Source: an uncultured Bacteroidales bacterium
GTDB taxonomy: Bacteria > Bacteroidota > Bacteroidia > Bacteroidales > VadinHA17
NCBI GenBank assembly: GCA_963739685.1
Contig: CAVUAX010000002.1
Location: 712,323-776,322 of the forward strand
Length of the DNA stretch: 64,000 nucleotides
Reading direction: 5' to 3'
The position numbers and the translations under genes were made by a program. Shown one piece after another: positions 1 to 8,960 of the stretch (position 1 is its first letter; each line of letters opens with the position of its first letter). The notes beneath the pieces are model-generated. The model did not search any database. It worked only from the letters and a program-made list of their open reading frames with translations, and had not been told where the DNA came from.

Positions 1-227
1 CACTTGAGGCTAAAGTGAAAGCAGGAGAAATAAAAGAATTGATACTGGCGTTAAGTACAACAATGGAAGGCGACACTACAAATTACTATCTCTTTAAAAA
101 GCTGGGTAAATATGACGTCCTCGTTACAACTCTCGCAAGGGGAGTTGCAGTTGGCGATGAACTTGAATATACAGATGAGATAACTCTAGGACGGGCAATA
201 AATAACAGAAATACATATCATTTATGA
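1..227 (+). CDS. recR: Recombination protein RecR, C-terminal part (5' end lies upstream of the window)
   Basis: The frame is open from base 3 to TGA at 225-227. The translation ...[34 protein letters not shown]...[26 protein letters not shown] fits the RecR Toprim/C-terminal region. Confidence 0.85.
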   Translation, partial: LEAKVKAGEIKELILALSTTMEGDTTNYYLFKKLGKYDVLVTTLARGVAVGDELEYTDEITLGRAINNRNTYHL

Positions 228-364
228 CAGATATGAGCCTGATTTTTCCTGACCGTGTAACCGGCAAACATCTGCCGGATGAATCTGAAACATTTCTTCT
301 TTGTGATTGTTAATGAAATAGAATTAAATAGATTTTTGTAAATTATACTTTTAACAAAAAATAT

Positions 365-1690
365 ATGGCCAGTATCAATATTATTCTTCCTGCGATGGGA
401 GAAGGGGTAATTGAAGCAATAATAAATAAATGGCTCGTAACAGAAGGCGCTGTGGTTAAGGAAGATGATCTGCTTGTCGAAGTTGCTACTGACAAAGTGG
501 ACTCTGAAATTCCTGCACCTGCAGGAGGGACAGTTACCTCTATCATTGCAAAGGAAGGTTCGGTTGTTAAAGTAGGTGATGTCATCGCAACTATTGAAAA
601 TAATGAAACTCCCCACCCCGCAGATATTAGTAAAGTTGAAAAAGAGGTATCCAGGATAAGGGAGACAATTGATGTTGTCAAACAGGAAAATAAGGAGATT
701 GCATCTGCAACGCGAAATTTAAAAAGCCGGACCCCTAAGGGAAAATTTATTTCCCCCCTTGTAAGAAGTATTGCCGCAAGTGAAGAAATAAGCTATTCTG
801 ACCTGGATGGTATAAATGGCACCGGAATGGATGGCAGGATCACAAAAGATGATATTATCAGATTTATTGATGCGAAGAATAAGGTTTCAGGGCATTCAGA
901 TGCTGTAATAAGTGAAGATACTTCAAAAGCTGAAGATGTGTCAATGGGTATAAAGAAAGAAACTTCGCCGGTTAATGTATCAAAAGGTGATGAAATAATC
1001 GAAATGGACCGGGTTCGAAGGATTATTGCTGAACATATGGTAATGTCAAAAAGAACTTCAGCCCATGTGACTTCTTTTATCGATGCGGATGTTACCCGTC
1101 TTATGAACTGGCGAAATACCGTTAAGGAAAAATTTCTTGCCACAGAAGGATTAAAGCTTACACTCACACCTATTTTCATTGATGCTGTTGCAAAATCGTT
1201 ATATGAATTTCCAATGTTAAATATTTCAGTCGATGGAAATAATATAATCAAAAGGAAGAGTATCAATATAGGAATGGCCACTGCTCTTCCCAATGGAAAT
1301 CTCATTGTTCCGGTTATAAAAAACGCAAATGAAAAGAGCCTTACCGGTATCGCAAGAACAGTAAATGATCTTGCCGACAGAGCCAGAAAAAACAAACTAA
1401 AACCCGAGGAGATCACTGGTGGTACATTCACAGTGACCAACTTCGGAAGTTACAATAATCTTTCCGGTACTCCAATAATCAACCAGCCTCAGGTTGCAAT
1501 ACTTGGAACAGGGGCAGTCAGAAAGATGCCGGCAGTTTTAGAAAGTCCCGACGGAGATGTCATAGCCATCCGCCAGATCATGATACTTTCATTAAGTTAT
1601 GACCACAGGGTAATTGATGGTGCCCTTGCAGGTAAATTTCTTCATAAGATCAAAGAGATTCTTGAAAACTATTCACCCGACACTTTCTGA
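365..1690 (+). CDS. Dihydrolipoamide acyltransferase (E2 component of a 2-oxoacid dehydrogenase complex)
   Basis: 441 aa. It has an N-terminal lipoyl domain with EVATDKVDSEIPAP (lipoyl-lysine), an E3-binding segment SPLVRSIAASEEISYSDLDGINGTGMDGRITKDDI, and a catalytic domain with SYDHRVIDGA. Confidence 0.92.
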   Translation: MASINIILPAMGEGVIEAIINKWLVTEGAVVKEDDLLVEVATDKVDSEIPAPAGGTVTSIIAKEGSVVKVGDVIATIENNETPHPADISKVEKEVSRIRETIDVVKQENKEIASATRNLKSRTPKGKFISPLVRSIAASEEISYSDLDGINGTGMDGRITKDDIIRFIDAKNKVSGHSDAVISEDTSKAEDVSMGIKKETSPVNVSKGDEIIEMDRVRRIIAEHMVMSKRTSAHVTSFIDADVTRLMNWRNTVKEKFLATEGLKLTLTPIFIDAVAKSLYEFPMLNISVDGNNIIKRKSINIGMATALPNGNLIVPVIKNANEKSLTGIARTVNDLADRARKNKLKPEEITGGTFTVTNFGSYNNLSGTPIINQPQVAILGTGAVRKMPAVLESPDGDVIAIRQIMILSLSYDHRVIDGALAGKFLHKIKEILENYSPDTF

Positions 1691-1960
1691 GCTCCATGAA
1701 ATTATTGTGTAAGAATCCCAGCCCCCGGTCCTGTTGACTGCAGCGATCCTCAAGCGGCATTCTACAGCAGACAATTCAGGGGGATAAATCAATTTCTCTC
1801 CCTCTTTGAAGAGCATAGAGGGTATCTATAACTATCAGGGGACGAGTTCATGTAATTATATGATTGTTATTTAAGTACTTAAAATAGTTTATTATTGAAA
1901 GCCGATACTAATATTTAGTTAAATTATCTTTAAGAATTTAGGTTATTTAGTAATTTTTAA

Positions 1961-1968
1961 TAAATTTG
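1961..1968 (+). promoter_or_regulatory. Candidate Bacteroidetes -7 promoter box TAAATTTG
   Basis: Exact match to TAnnTTTG, 19 nt upstream of the ATG at 1987. Confidence 0.45.
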
Positions 1969-1986
1969 ACTTGTAAAAACACTGAA

Positions 1987-3261
1987 ATGATCCAAAAGAG
2001 CCTGGTTTTTATTGTCTTATCTCTTTTTTATATCTCCTTATCAGCCCAGGAGATTAATAATGTGCAGAAAACATTTCTCGAAGCGGAGTACTTTTTTCTG
2101 AATGAAGATTATGCTGACGCACTGCCTTTTTATCTGCACCTGTACGAAACCATACCCGACAATGCAAATTTAGCCTATCGGATTGGTGCATGTTACCTGA
2201 ATATTCCGGGAAAAAAGAATTTTTCAATCGATTATCTTGAAACAGCATCAAAAAATATGTCAGCCAAGCATAAAGAGGGAACCATAAAACAGACTGCAGC
2301 TCCCTATGACGCTTTATTTGACCTTGGAAATGCTTACCTGGTTAATTATAAATTCGATAAAGCAAAAGATGCATTCAGAAGATATTCGGAGTCGCTTCTT
2401 CCTGATGACCAGGAGAATCTTGATTTCATTAATCATGAAATACAAGTATGCGATAATGCCAAAGATCTTATTTCCAAACCGGTATCCTACACTGAAGAAA
2501 GTATCGGAGGTCTGTTCAACGACGAAAAATCAAACTTTAATCCTGTGATTTCTTCTGATGGAAAATCTTTTGCTTTCATGGTTTCGCTTAAATTCTATGA
2601 TGCAGTAATGTTTTCAAAGCTAATTAACGGCAAATGGACTTCGTCTGTTAACATTACACCTGAGGTTCAACTCGACGGTAAAATTTATATATCTTGTTTA
2701 TCGGCTGACGGAAAAGTACTGTTACTTTCAAAGAATGATAACTATAACAGTGATATTTATGAAAGCTTATTAAATGGCTCCAAATGGACACCGGCTGTTA
2801 AACTTGGGAAAAATATTAATACAAAATACTGGGAATCACATGGTTTTATATCTGAAGACGGTAACCAGATGATTTTCTCTTCAGACCGGCCTGGTGGTTT
2901 CGGTGGACTTGATCTATATATCTCCCAAAAAGTTAATGGAGAGTGGGGTCCGGCAGTGAATCTGGGCCCGGAGATAAATACCCAGTTCAATGAGGACCGG
3001 GCATTCCTTATTAACAATGGAGAAACACTCTTTTTCAGTTCCCAGGGGCATCAGACAATCGGAGGCTATGACATTTTCCGTTCTGACCTTCAGTCAAATG
3101 GTCTGTGGAGTAATCCGGAAAATATAGGTTATCCGCTTAATACTCCTGATGATAATATGTTTTTTATGCCTGTAGGAAATGGTAAATCGGGGTACTATTC
3201 TACTTATAAAGAATCATATGGTGCAGGTAAAGAAAATATTTATAAAATTACTCTCAAATAA
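1987..3261 (+). CDS. Secreted TPR plus PD40 (TolB-like beta-propeller repeat) protein
   Basis: The track ORF 1966-3261 starts at TTG. I prefer the ATG at 1987, which gives the signal peptide MIQKSLVFIVLSLFYISLSAQ. The N-terminus is TPR-like, and PD40 signatures such as FSSDRPGGFGGLDLYIS are present. It is a paralog of the next gene. Confidence 0.75.
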   Translation: MIQKSLVFIVLSLFYISLSAQEINNVQKTFLEAEYFFLNEDYADALPFYLHLYETIPDNANLAYRIGACYLNIPGKKNFSIDYLETASKNMSAKHKEGTIKQTAAPYDALFDLGNAYLVNYKFDKAKDAFRRYSESLLPDDQENLDFINHEIQVCDNAKDLISKPVSYTEESIGGLFNDEKSNFNPVISSDGKSFAFMVSLKFYDAVMFSKLINGKWTSSVNITPEVQLDGKIYISCLSADGKVLLLSKNDNYNSDIYESLLNGSKWTPAVKLGKNINTKYWESHGFISEDGNQMIFSSDRPGGFGGLDLYISQKVNGEWGPAVNLGPEINTQFNEDRAFLINNGETLFFSSQGHQTIGGYDIFRSDLQSNGLWSNPENIGYPLNTPDDNMFFMPVGNGKSGYYSTYKESYGAGKENIYKITLK

Positions 3262-3314
3262 AATTAGCCTGATCATCTGACTTTTCATATTTAAAAAGTA
3301 TTACATTTGTTTTG

Positions 3315-5270
3315 ATGAATAATTTCAAAGTGAAAAATATTCGCTTTATACTGCAGCTATTGATCATGCTTATGTTCTCTGTTATTACCTCATCTCAATC
3401 TCCAGGTGAGATGAAGAATATTTTTGCGCAGGCAGAGTCATATTATCTTTTTGGGGATTACGAACTGGCAAATCAACTATATATTTTGCTTGAGACCCCG
3501 TCAAATCTAAATATAAAATACAAAATTGGAAACTGCTATCTGAATATACCAGGAGAAAAGGGAAAAGCAATACCCTATCTTGAAGCTGCCGTTGCAGATG
3601 CAAGTTACGATGCAAAACCTGATATGTATAAAGAAAAAAGAGCGCCCCTTGATGCCTTTTTCTTTCTCGCAAAAGCATACATGGTTAATAATGAACTTGA
3701 TAAAGGTCTTAAGACTCTTCTAACCTTCAAAAAACTTGCCGGTGAAACTAAAAGTAAAGGAGGAATGAAAAACCTTGGGTATATTGACCAACAAATAGAA
3801 GCATGTAAGAACGCCATCAAGTTTGAGCAAAATCCTGTAAAATTCATTAAAGAGCCTGTTGGTCCTGAATTTAATCAGGGATCTGTAAACGAGAATCCTG
3901 CTGTCAGCTTTGACGGGAACTCGATTGTTTATACCGAATGCAGAGGAATGGTCAATGTTATATTTTATTCACGAAAAGAGAATGGTCACTGGCAGAAACC
4001 TGTTGAAATAACATCCCTGATAAATGCAGGTGAAGACTGTACATCAAGCGCCCTGAATAAAGATGGTACTCTTCTGTTCCTCTACAAAACAGATAATTAT
4101 GACGGAAATATATATACTTCGGAATTGGTTAACGACAGCTGGACACCAATTAAAAAACTGAATAGAAATATCAATACAAAATTTTATGAGTCTCACGCAG
4201 CAATATCATCCGATGATAAAAAATTATATTTCACAAGCAACAGGGATGGGGGCATAGGTGGTCTTGATATTTATGTCTCCGAAAAAGATGGTTCAGGAGA
4301 CTGGGGACAGGCAGTTAACCTGGGAACCACTATTAACACAAGTTACAATGAGGATACACCTTTCATTACTGCCGACGGTTCAGCCCTCTATTTCTGCTCT
4401 GAAGGTCACAACAGCATGGGAGGTTATGACAACTACAAAAGTCAGAAGCTCGGGACAAGCTGGGAAATACCACAAAACCTTGGATTCCCTATAAATACTA
4501 CAGATGATGATAAATTCTTTCAGCCACTTAATGATGGCCGGAATGCATTTTACTCTATTACAACCGGTTACAAAAAGAAAGAGATATTTTATCTCAGCCT
4601 TGGAAATTCCAACCTCAGCCATGCTTTCGAAATAAGAGGTAAATTAAATTTAAAGGATACCACAGTGGCATTTAATGAAAAATATTCAATTCATCTTTTA
4701 AACAGAGCAACAGGCGATACAATGGACATTGGTTATCCAAACAAATACACAGGGGACTACTCTTTTAATGTGGCACCGGGGTTATTCAGAATAGTTTATA
4801 CCGGCAACGGGTATTTTAAACAAACAATTGATACTTCAATTGTGAAGAATAGTCCTGAAAAGATAGTCACTCTTGATGTTACACTTGAAAAAGATCCTGG
4901 AGCAGCAAATCGTTCCAACCCTTTGCTTTTTAAAAGGATGGACTTTACCGATCTGCCTGTTGTTCAGGCAATAGATTCAAATATACTGATTAAAAATATG
5001 AATATCAACGATATTAATGATAAGAATATTAATGACAGAGACGTTCTTTATTATACTGTTCAGGTAATGGCTTTATATAATCCTGTAGACATCAGTTATT
5101 TTAAATACATTAACGATCTGAGGGTGATGTATAATGAGGTAGACAAATTTTACAGGTACATTACCGGGAAATTTGCTTCAAAAGAGGAAGCATATGCCTT
5201 AAGATTGAAGTTGATAAGATTAGGATATCCCCAGGATCTTTTCATTAAAAAAGTAACCAATGAGGAGTAA
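3315..5270 (+). CDS. Secreted TPR plus PD40 beta-propeller protein with a C-terminal SPOR-like domain
   Basis: ATG at 3315 gives a signal peptide. It shares the N-terminal motif IGNCYLNIPGEKGKAIPYLE with the upstream paralog. PD40 motif FTSNRDGGIGGLDIYVS is present. The C-terminus YYTVQVMALYNPVDISYF...GKFASKEEAYALRLKLIRLGYPQDLFIKKV looks SPOR-like. Confidence 0.75.
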   Translation: MNNFKVKNIRFILQLLIMLMFSVITSSQSPGEMKNIFAQAESYYLFGDYELANQLYILLETPSNLNIKYKIGNCYLNIPGEKGKAIPYLEAAVADASYDAKPDMYKEKRAPLDAFFFLAKAYMVNNELDKGLKTLLTFKKLAGETKSKGGMKNLGYIDQQIEACKNAIKFEQNPVKFIKEPVGPEFNQGSVNENPAVSFDGNSIVYTECRGMVNVIFYSRKENGHWQKPVEITSLINAGEDCTSSALNKDGTLLFLYKTDNYDGNIYTSELVNDSWTPIKKLNRNINTKFYESHAAISSDDKKLYFTSNRDGGIGGLDIYVSEKDGSGDWGQAVNLGTTINTSYNEDTPFITADGSALYFCSEGHNSMGGYDNYKSQKLGTSWEIPQNLGFPINTTDDDKFFQPLNDGRNAFYSITTGYKKKEIFYLSLGNSNLSHAFEIRGKLNLKDTTVAFNEKYSIHLLNRATGDTMDIGYPNKYTGDYSFNVAPGLFRIVYTGNGYFKQTIDTSIVKNSPEKIVTLDVTLEKDPGAANRSNPLLFKRMDFTDLPVVQAIDSNILIKNMNINDINDKNINDRDVLYYTVQVMALYNPVDISYFKYINDLRVMYNEVDKFYRYITGKFASKEEAYALRLKLIRLGYPQDLFIKKVTNEE

Positions 5271-5393
5271 TAACCAGCTTTATTTATTTTTATCAATATC
5301 TTAGACCATAGTGCCTCCAATTTTCACAAGTAACTAGAATGAACTTTTCCTTAAATCCCTGGTGCGGAGAACTGTTTATTTACTTTTAAGATT

Positions 5394-5924
5394 ATGAGAT
5401 TCCAGCAATTAAATCTGAGAGCCATGGAGCCGGAGGACCTGGAACTACTTTACGAATGGGAAAACAACGAATCCTATTGGCTGATTAGCAATACCATTGC
5501 TCCTTTCTCTAAATTTACACTTAAGCGATATCTTAAAAATTCTCATAAAAATATTTATGAGACTGGTCAGCTCAGATTTATGATTGACCATATTGAGGAT
5601 AAATTAACAATCGGGTCAATTGACATCTTCGACTTTGATCCCTACCATAAAAGAGCAGGTCTTGGTATACTGATAGCTGATGAAAAATACAGAAGGAAAG
5701 GGTATGGGGCGATGTCGCTTAAATGCCTGACAGATTATTGCTTCAGGACTCTTCATCTTCACCAGCTTTACTGTAATATTCTATCGAATAACAGTGAAAG
5801 CATGGATATGTTCCAAAAACAGGGATTTGTGCAATGCGGTATAAAGAAGGAGTGGATCAAGGTACCTGATGGATATATTAACGAACATATGTTTCAGCTT
5901 ATTAATGAATTACCTGGGTCCTGA
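5394..5924 (+). CDS. GNAT family N-acetyltransferase
   Basis: 176 aa. It carries the acetyl-CoA binding segment YRRKGYGAMSL and a typical GNAT length and layout. Confidence 0.75.
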   Translation: MRFQQLNLRAMEPEDLELLYEWENNESYWLISNTIAPFSKFTLKRYLKNSHKNIYETGQLRFMIDHIEDKLTIGSIDIFDFDPYHKRAGLGILIADEKYRRKGYGAMSLKCLTDYCFRTLHLHQLYCNILSNNSESMDMFQKQGFVQCGIKKEWIKVPDGYINEHMFQLINELPGS

Positions 5925-5975
5925 AGGCGGATATATCAGGAAGTGATAATGAAGTATGGTCCCCTGGCAGGCAGG

Positions 5976-7046
5976 TTAGTAACCTGAAGCCAGTAGTCCG
6001 CAAGCAGCAGAGATATCAGCACCTCTTGACCTCCTTATCGACGCTGAAACGCCTGAGATCACCAGATTCTGTTTAAAATAATGCATTATTTCGTCTGATG
6101 AAGAGGTGTTAATGTCATTTATGCCGGCATGATATGGCAAAAGGTTAACTCGGATTCCGGATCCCTGGAGTAACTGCTTTAGTCTTTCGAGGTGCCTATC
6201 CGAATCATTCACATTATTTATCATCAAATAAGCGATGCTAAGTCTTCTTTTTTTCTTAAGAGGATACTTCTTCATGATCTCTATAATCTCATGGACAGGA
6301 TGGTTCCTCTCAATCGGGATAATCTTTAATCTTTCCGTTTCAAATGGAGAATAAAGACTAACTGTAAGATTACATTGTGACTGTTCAAGAAAGGTTTTAA
6401 TTCCGGGTGTGATTCCGACCGTTGATACTGTTACGTTTCCCGGGCTGATTGAGAGGCCCCATTCAGCAGTAATAATATTACAGGCTTTCAGTACCTCCTG
6501 AAGGTTATCCATTGGTTCCCCCATCCCCATAAAAACGATATGCGTAATCTTTCCGGCATATGGCAAACTGAGTATCTGGTTCACAATTTCACCGGCTGAA
6601 AGATTTCCGTGATAGCCATATTTAGCAGTAACGCAGAAAGGGCAACCCATCCTGCACCCGGACTGGGTTGATAAACATAGTGTATGTCTTTTAATGTGAG
6701 GAATATAGACAGTTTCAAATTTTTTTCCTTCCTTTGTTCTGAAAAGATATTTTACAGTACTGTCAACCGATGTTTCGTAAGTCTCCGGAGCAAAAACCCC
6801 CGGGATGAACTCATTATCAAGAAGAATTTTAAGTTTTTTAGAAAGAGCAGGTAGTTCAAGCAGATTGCTTATACGCTTTCTGTATAAACCCAGTGCAACC
6901 GAAACCGCCTGAGGTAAAACATATCCATCAGACTTAATGAATTGAAAAATCTCATCTGGTGTCATTCCGCAAAGACTCCTTTTTAGCATAATGCTCAGGT
7001 AAATTGAAAATTTCACGAAGTTAATTTTTTTGAAAATCTTTTTCAT
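5976..7046 (-). CDS. rlmN: Radical SAM 23S rRNA/tRNA adenine C2 methyltransferase (RlmN/Cfr family)
   Basis: CRMGCPFCVTAKYG (CxxxCxxC), GMGEPMDN, and C-terminal GADISAACGLL. The start is uncertain; an internal ATG at 6989 is also possible. Confidence 0.85.
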   Translation of the reverse strand: MKKIFKKINFVKFSIYLSIMLKRSLCGMTPDEIFQFIKSDGYVLPQAVSVALGLYRKRISNLLELPALSKKLKILLDNEFIPGVFAPETYETSVDSTVKYLFRTKEGKKFETVYIPHIKRHTLCLSTQSGCRMGCPFCVTAKYGYHGNLSAGEIVNQILSLPYAGKITHIVFMGMGEPMDNLQEVLKACNIITAEWGLSISPGNVTVSTVGITPGIKTFLEQSQCNLTVSLYSPFETERLKIIPIERNHPVHEIIEIMKKYPLKKKRRLSIAYLMINNVNDSDRHLERLKQLLQGSGIRVNLLPYHAGINDINTSSSDEIMHYFKQNLVISGVSASIRRSRGADISAACGLLASGY

Positions 7047-7128
7047 TTACTTACTTGACTTTTCGACATATTATTCAGAAATTAGAGTGTGCTAAAAGGT
7101 GTAATTATTATTCTTAAAACTCTAATTC

Positions 7129-7908
7129 ATGAAAAAATCGCTGCAATTCTGCATTGGTTGTATAAGTCTGTTTTTATCAGGCTTTACACTAGTTATCGGA
7201 CAAACGGTAGTTTTGTCCGAAAATTTCTCCGGGTTTATCACCGGCACACATTCAACTCCTTCCACTTCAGATGCTTCAGCATCGTTAGATACAAAGACAC
7301 AAACACCCGGCTGGTCAGGTTCAAAGATTTATTCTGCCAAAGGGGAAATAAAAGCAGGTACTGAATCAATCCCAGGCTGGATTGAAACTCCTTTTATCGA
7401 TCTTTCGGGAAATGACGGACAGTTTATTGTAGAATTTGATATATGCAGATGGCCGGGTGATGCTACTACGGTTCAGGTAAGTATAAATGGAACAATATTA
7501 GGAAATTCACTGACTCCCTCAGATAACTTTGAGTCTGTAAAGATCTCCGGTAGTGGTGGTACAAGTAACTCTAAAATAAAAATACAGGCGTTGACCAAAA
7601 GGTTTTTCCTTGACAATTTTTCAGTTACAGCTGAGCTTATCACAACTGGTATTGAAGAAAATGAAGAGAATGAAGAGAATAATATTAGAATCTACCCGGT
7701 CCCTGTGAACCATAAACTGATTTTACATAACATAAACAATATTAATAAGATAGAGATATCTGATCTCAACGGCAAAAGATTATATCTGATTGATAATAAC
7801 TTCAGTAACGAAATAGAGGTTGATTTTGAAAGCATGGAGAAGGGAATTTACTTTGTCAGGCTTTTTTCAGGAAGCCGGTTAATAGTAAAAAAGGTCATTA
7901 AATTATAA
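7129..7908 (+). CDS. Secreted protein with a T9SS (Por) C-terminal sorting domain
   Basis: It has a signal peptide, an EENEENEEN linker, and a C-terminal roughly 75 aa IRIYPVPVNHKLILHNI...GIYFVRLFSGSRLIVKKVIKL typical of T9SS CTDs. Confidence 0.75.
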   Translation: MKKSLQFCIGCISLFLSGFTLVIGQTVVLSENFSGFITGTHSTPSTSDASASLDTKTQTPGWSGSKIYSAKGEIKAGTESIPGWIETPFIDLSGNDGQFIVEFDICRWPGDATTVQVSINGTILGNSLTPSDNFESVKISGSGGTSNSKIKIQALTKRFFLDNFSVTAELITTGIEENEENEENNIRIYPVPVNHKLILHNINNINKIEISDLNGKRLYLIDNNFSNEIEVDFESMEKGIYFVRLFSGSRLIVKKVIKL

Positions 7909-7971
7909 TATTAAACCCTTATCGGTCAAATTCTTCTTTTGTACTGATCTTCTCCTAGAGACAAAATTGTT

Positions 7972-7979
7972 TATATTTG
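7972..7979 (+). promoter_or_regulatory. Candidate -7 promoter box TATATTTG for tRNA-Ser(CGA)
   Basis: Exact TAnnTTTG match, 24 nt upstream of the mature tRNA 5' end. Confidence 0.5.
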
Positions 7980-8002
7980 CAACCCGGTCTGGAGATATAA
8001 AA

Positions 8003-8091
8003 GGAGAGATGGCAGAGTGGTCGAATGCGGCGGTCTCGAAAACCGTTGTTCGCCTTCCGGCGAACCGGGGGTTCGAATCCCCCTCTCTCCG
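8003..8091 (+). tRNA. tRNA-Ser (anticodon CGA), type II with long variable arm
   Basis: Hand-folded cloverleaf. Acceptor stem is GGAGAGA/TCTCTCC plus G73. Anticodon stem-loop is GCGGT-CTCGAAA-ACCGT. Variable arm is GTTCGCC-TTCC-GGCGAAC. T arm is GGGGG-TTCGAAT-CCCCC. No encoded CCA. Confidence 0.93.
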
Positions 8092-8104
8092 CAAAGGCAA
8101 ATCA

Positions 8105-8133
8105 AACCCCGCGCCAGCGGGGTTATTTATTTT
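8105..8133 (+). terminator. Rho-independent terminator of tRNA-Ser(CGA)
   Basis: AACCCCGC-GCCA-GCGGGGTT hairpin followed by ATTTATTTT. Confidence 0.75.
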
Positions 8134-8185
8134 ACCGGGGCTCCGAAGAAAGCTTGCTTTCTGAAGGAGTTTCGGTAAAATAAAT
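8125..8185. repeat. 61-nt imperfect palindrome in the tRNA trailer (left copy)
   Basis: The arms ATTTATTTTACCG (8125-8137) and CGGTAAAATAAAT (8173-8185) enclose CTCC..AGAAAGC-TT-GCTTTCT..GGAG. The same sequence occurs in inverted form at 15372-15432. Confidence 0.85.
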
Positions 8186-8190
8186 ATTAA

Positions 8191-8678
8191 CCCGTCAGGG
8201 TTTGATTTGCCTTTGCAGGACTCCCCACAGGGGATCACGAACGAACGAAGTGAGGTCGTAATCCCTGAAAACTGTCAGGGTTTAATTTGCCTTTGCAGGA
8301 CTCCCCACAGGGGATCACGAACGAACGAAGTGAGGTCGTAATCCCTGTAACCCGTCAGGGTTTGTTTTGCCTTTGCAGGACTCCCCACAGGGGATCACGA
8401 ACGAACGAAGTGAGGTCGTAATCCCTGTAACCCGTCAGGGTTTGATTTGCCTTTGCAGGACTCCCCACCGGGGATCACGAACGAACGAAGTGAGGTCGTA
8501 ATCCCTGTAACCCGTCAGGGTTTGATTTGCCTTTGCAGGACTCCCCACCGGGGATCACGAACGAACGAAGTGAGGTCGTAATCCCTGTAACCCGTCAGGG
8601 TTTGTTTTGCCTTTGCAGGACTCCCCACAGGGGATCACGAACGAACGAAGTGAGGTCGTAATCCCTGAAAACTGTCAG
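8191..8678. repeat. Tandem array of an 80-bp noncoding repeat, 6 full units plus 8 nt
   Basis: Units fall at 8191, 8271, 8351, 8431, 8511 and 8591. The consensus is CCCGTCAGGGTTTGATTTGCCTTTGCAGGACTCCCCACAGGGGATCACGAACGAACGAAGTGAGGTCGTAATCCCTGTAA. Only three variable spots are seen. Confidence 0.97.
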
Positions 8679-8960
8679 AAGCCATCTGTAGTTACAAGGA
8701 TCACTCCCCTCCTGTTTCTAACTGGCAAGAGTGAATGCCTGGCAGATGGGTTAATTCAAAATGATCATGAAAATATTAAGTATTAATTGAACTTTTCGGA
8801 ATAAACTATTGTTATTTATTTAACAGCTATATTACAAAACTGGTTAATAATTAACTTCAGGAATTAACCATTTCTAAATTTTATTAAAACAAATAAATGA
8901 TTTTATTATTAAGAAATAAAAAATTTGTCCAATAGTATTAATCCTATTAATAAAAACATT

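Noticed and set aside
793-1440. Long antisense ORFs inside well-supported genes, for example 793-1440, 20034-20306, 35372-35704, 42528-42839, 52028-52453 and 54581-55009
   Set aside because: They lie opposite genes with strong family motifs and have low-complexity or biased composition. This is typical shadow-ORF behaviour.
3302-3309. TACATTTG match to the -7 promoter consensus just before the second TPR-PD40 gene
   Set aside because: It ends only 5 nt before the ATG at 3315, too close for a normal leader unless the mRNA is leaderless. The gene is more likely co-transcribed with its upstream paralog.
7089-7364. 91-aa ORF overlapping the start of the T9SS-CTD protein gene
   Set aside because: It is out of frame with the 259-aa gene, which has a clear signal peptide and CTD.
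7903-8238. Track ORFs 7903-8238 (minus), 7967-8164 (plus) and 15319-15612 (plus), which encode near-identical peptides (MIPCGESCKGKSNPDGLIFILPKLLQKASFLRSPGKINNPAGAGFDLP...)
   Set aside because: They run through or antisense to the tRNA-Ser genes, the terminator, the palindrome and the first repeat unit. Their similarity only reflects the mirrored DNA repeat. The 80-bp period breaks the frame in the next unit.
8191-8678. The tandem arrays as CRISPR arrays
   Set aside because: The units are contiguous 80-bp repeats with no unique spacers, and no cas genes are in the window.
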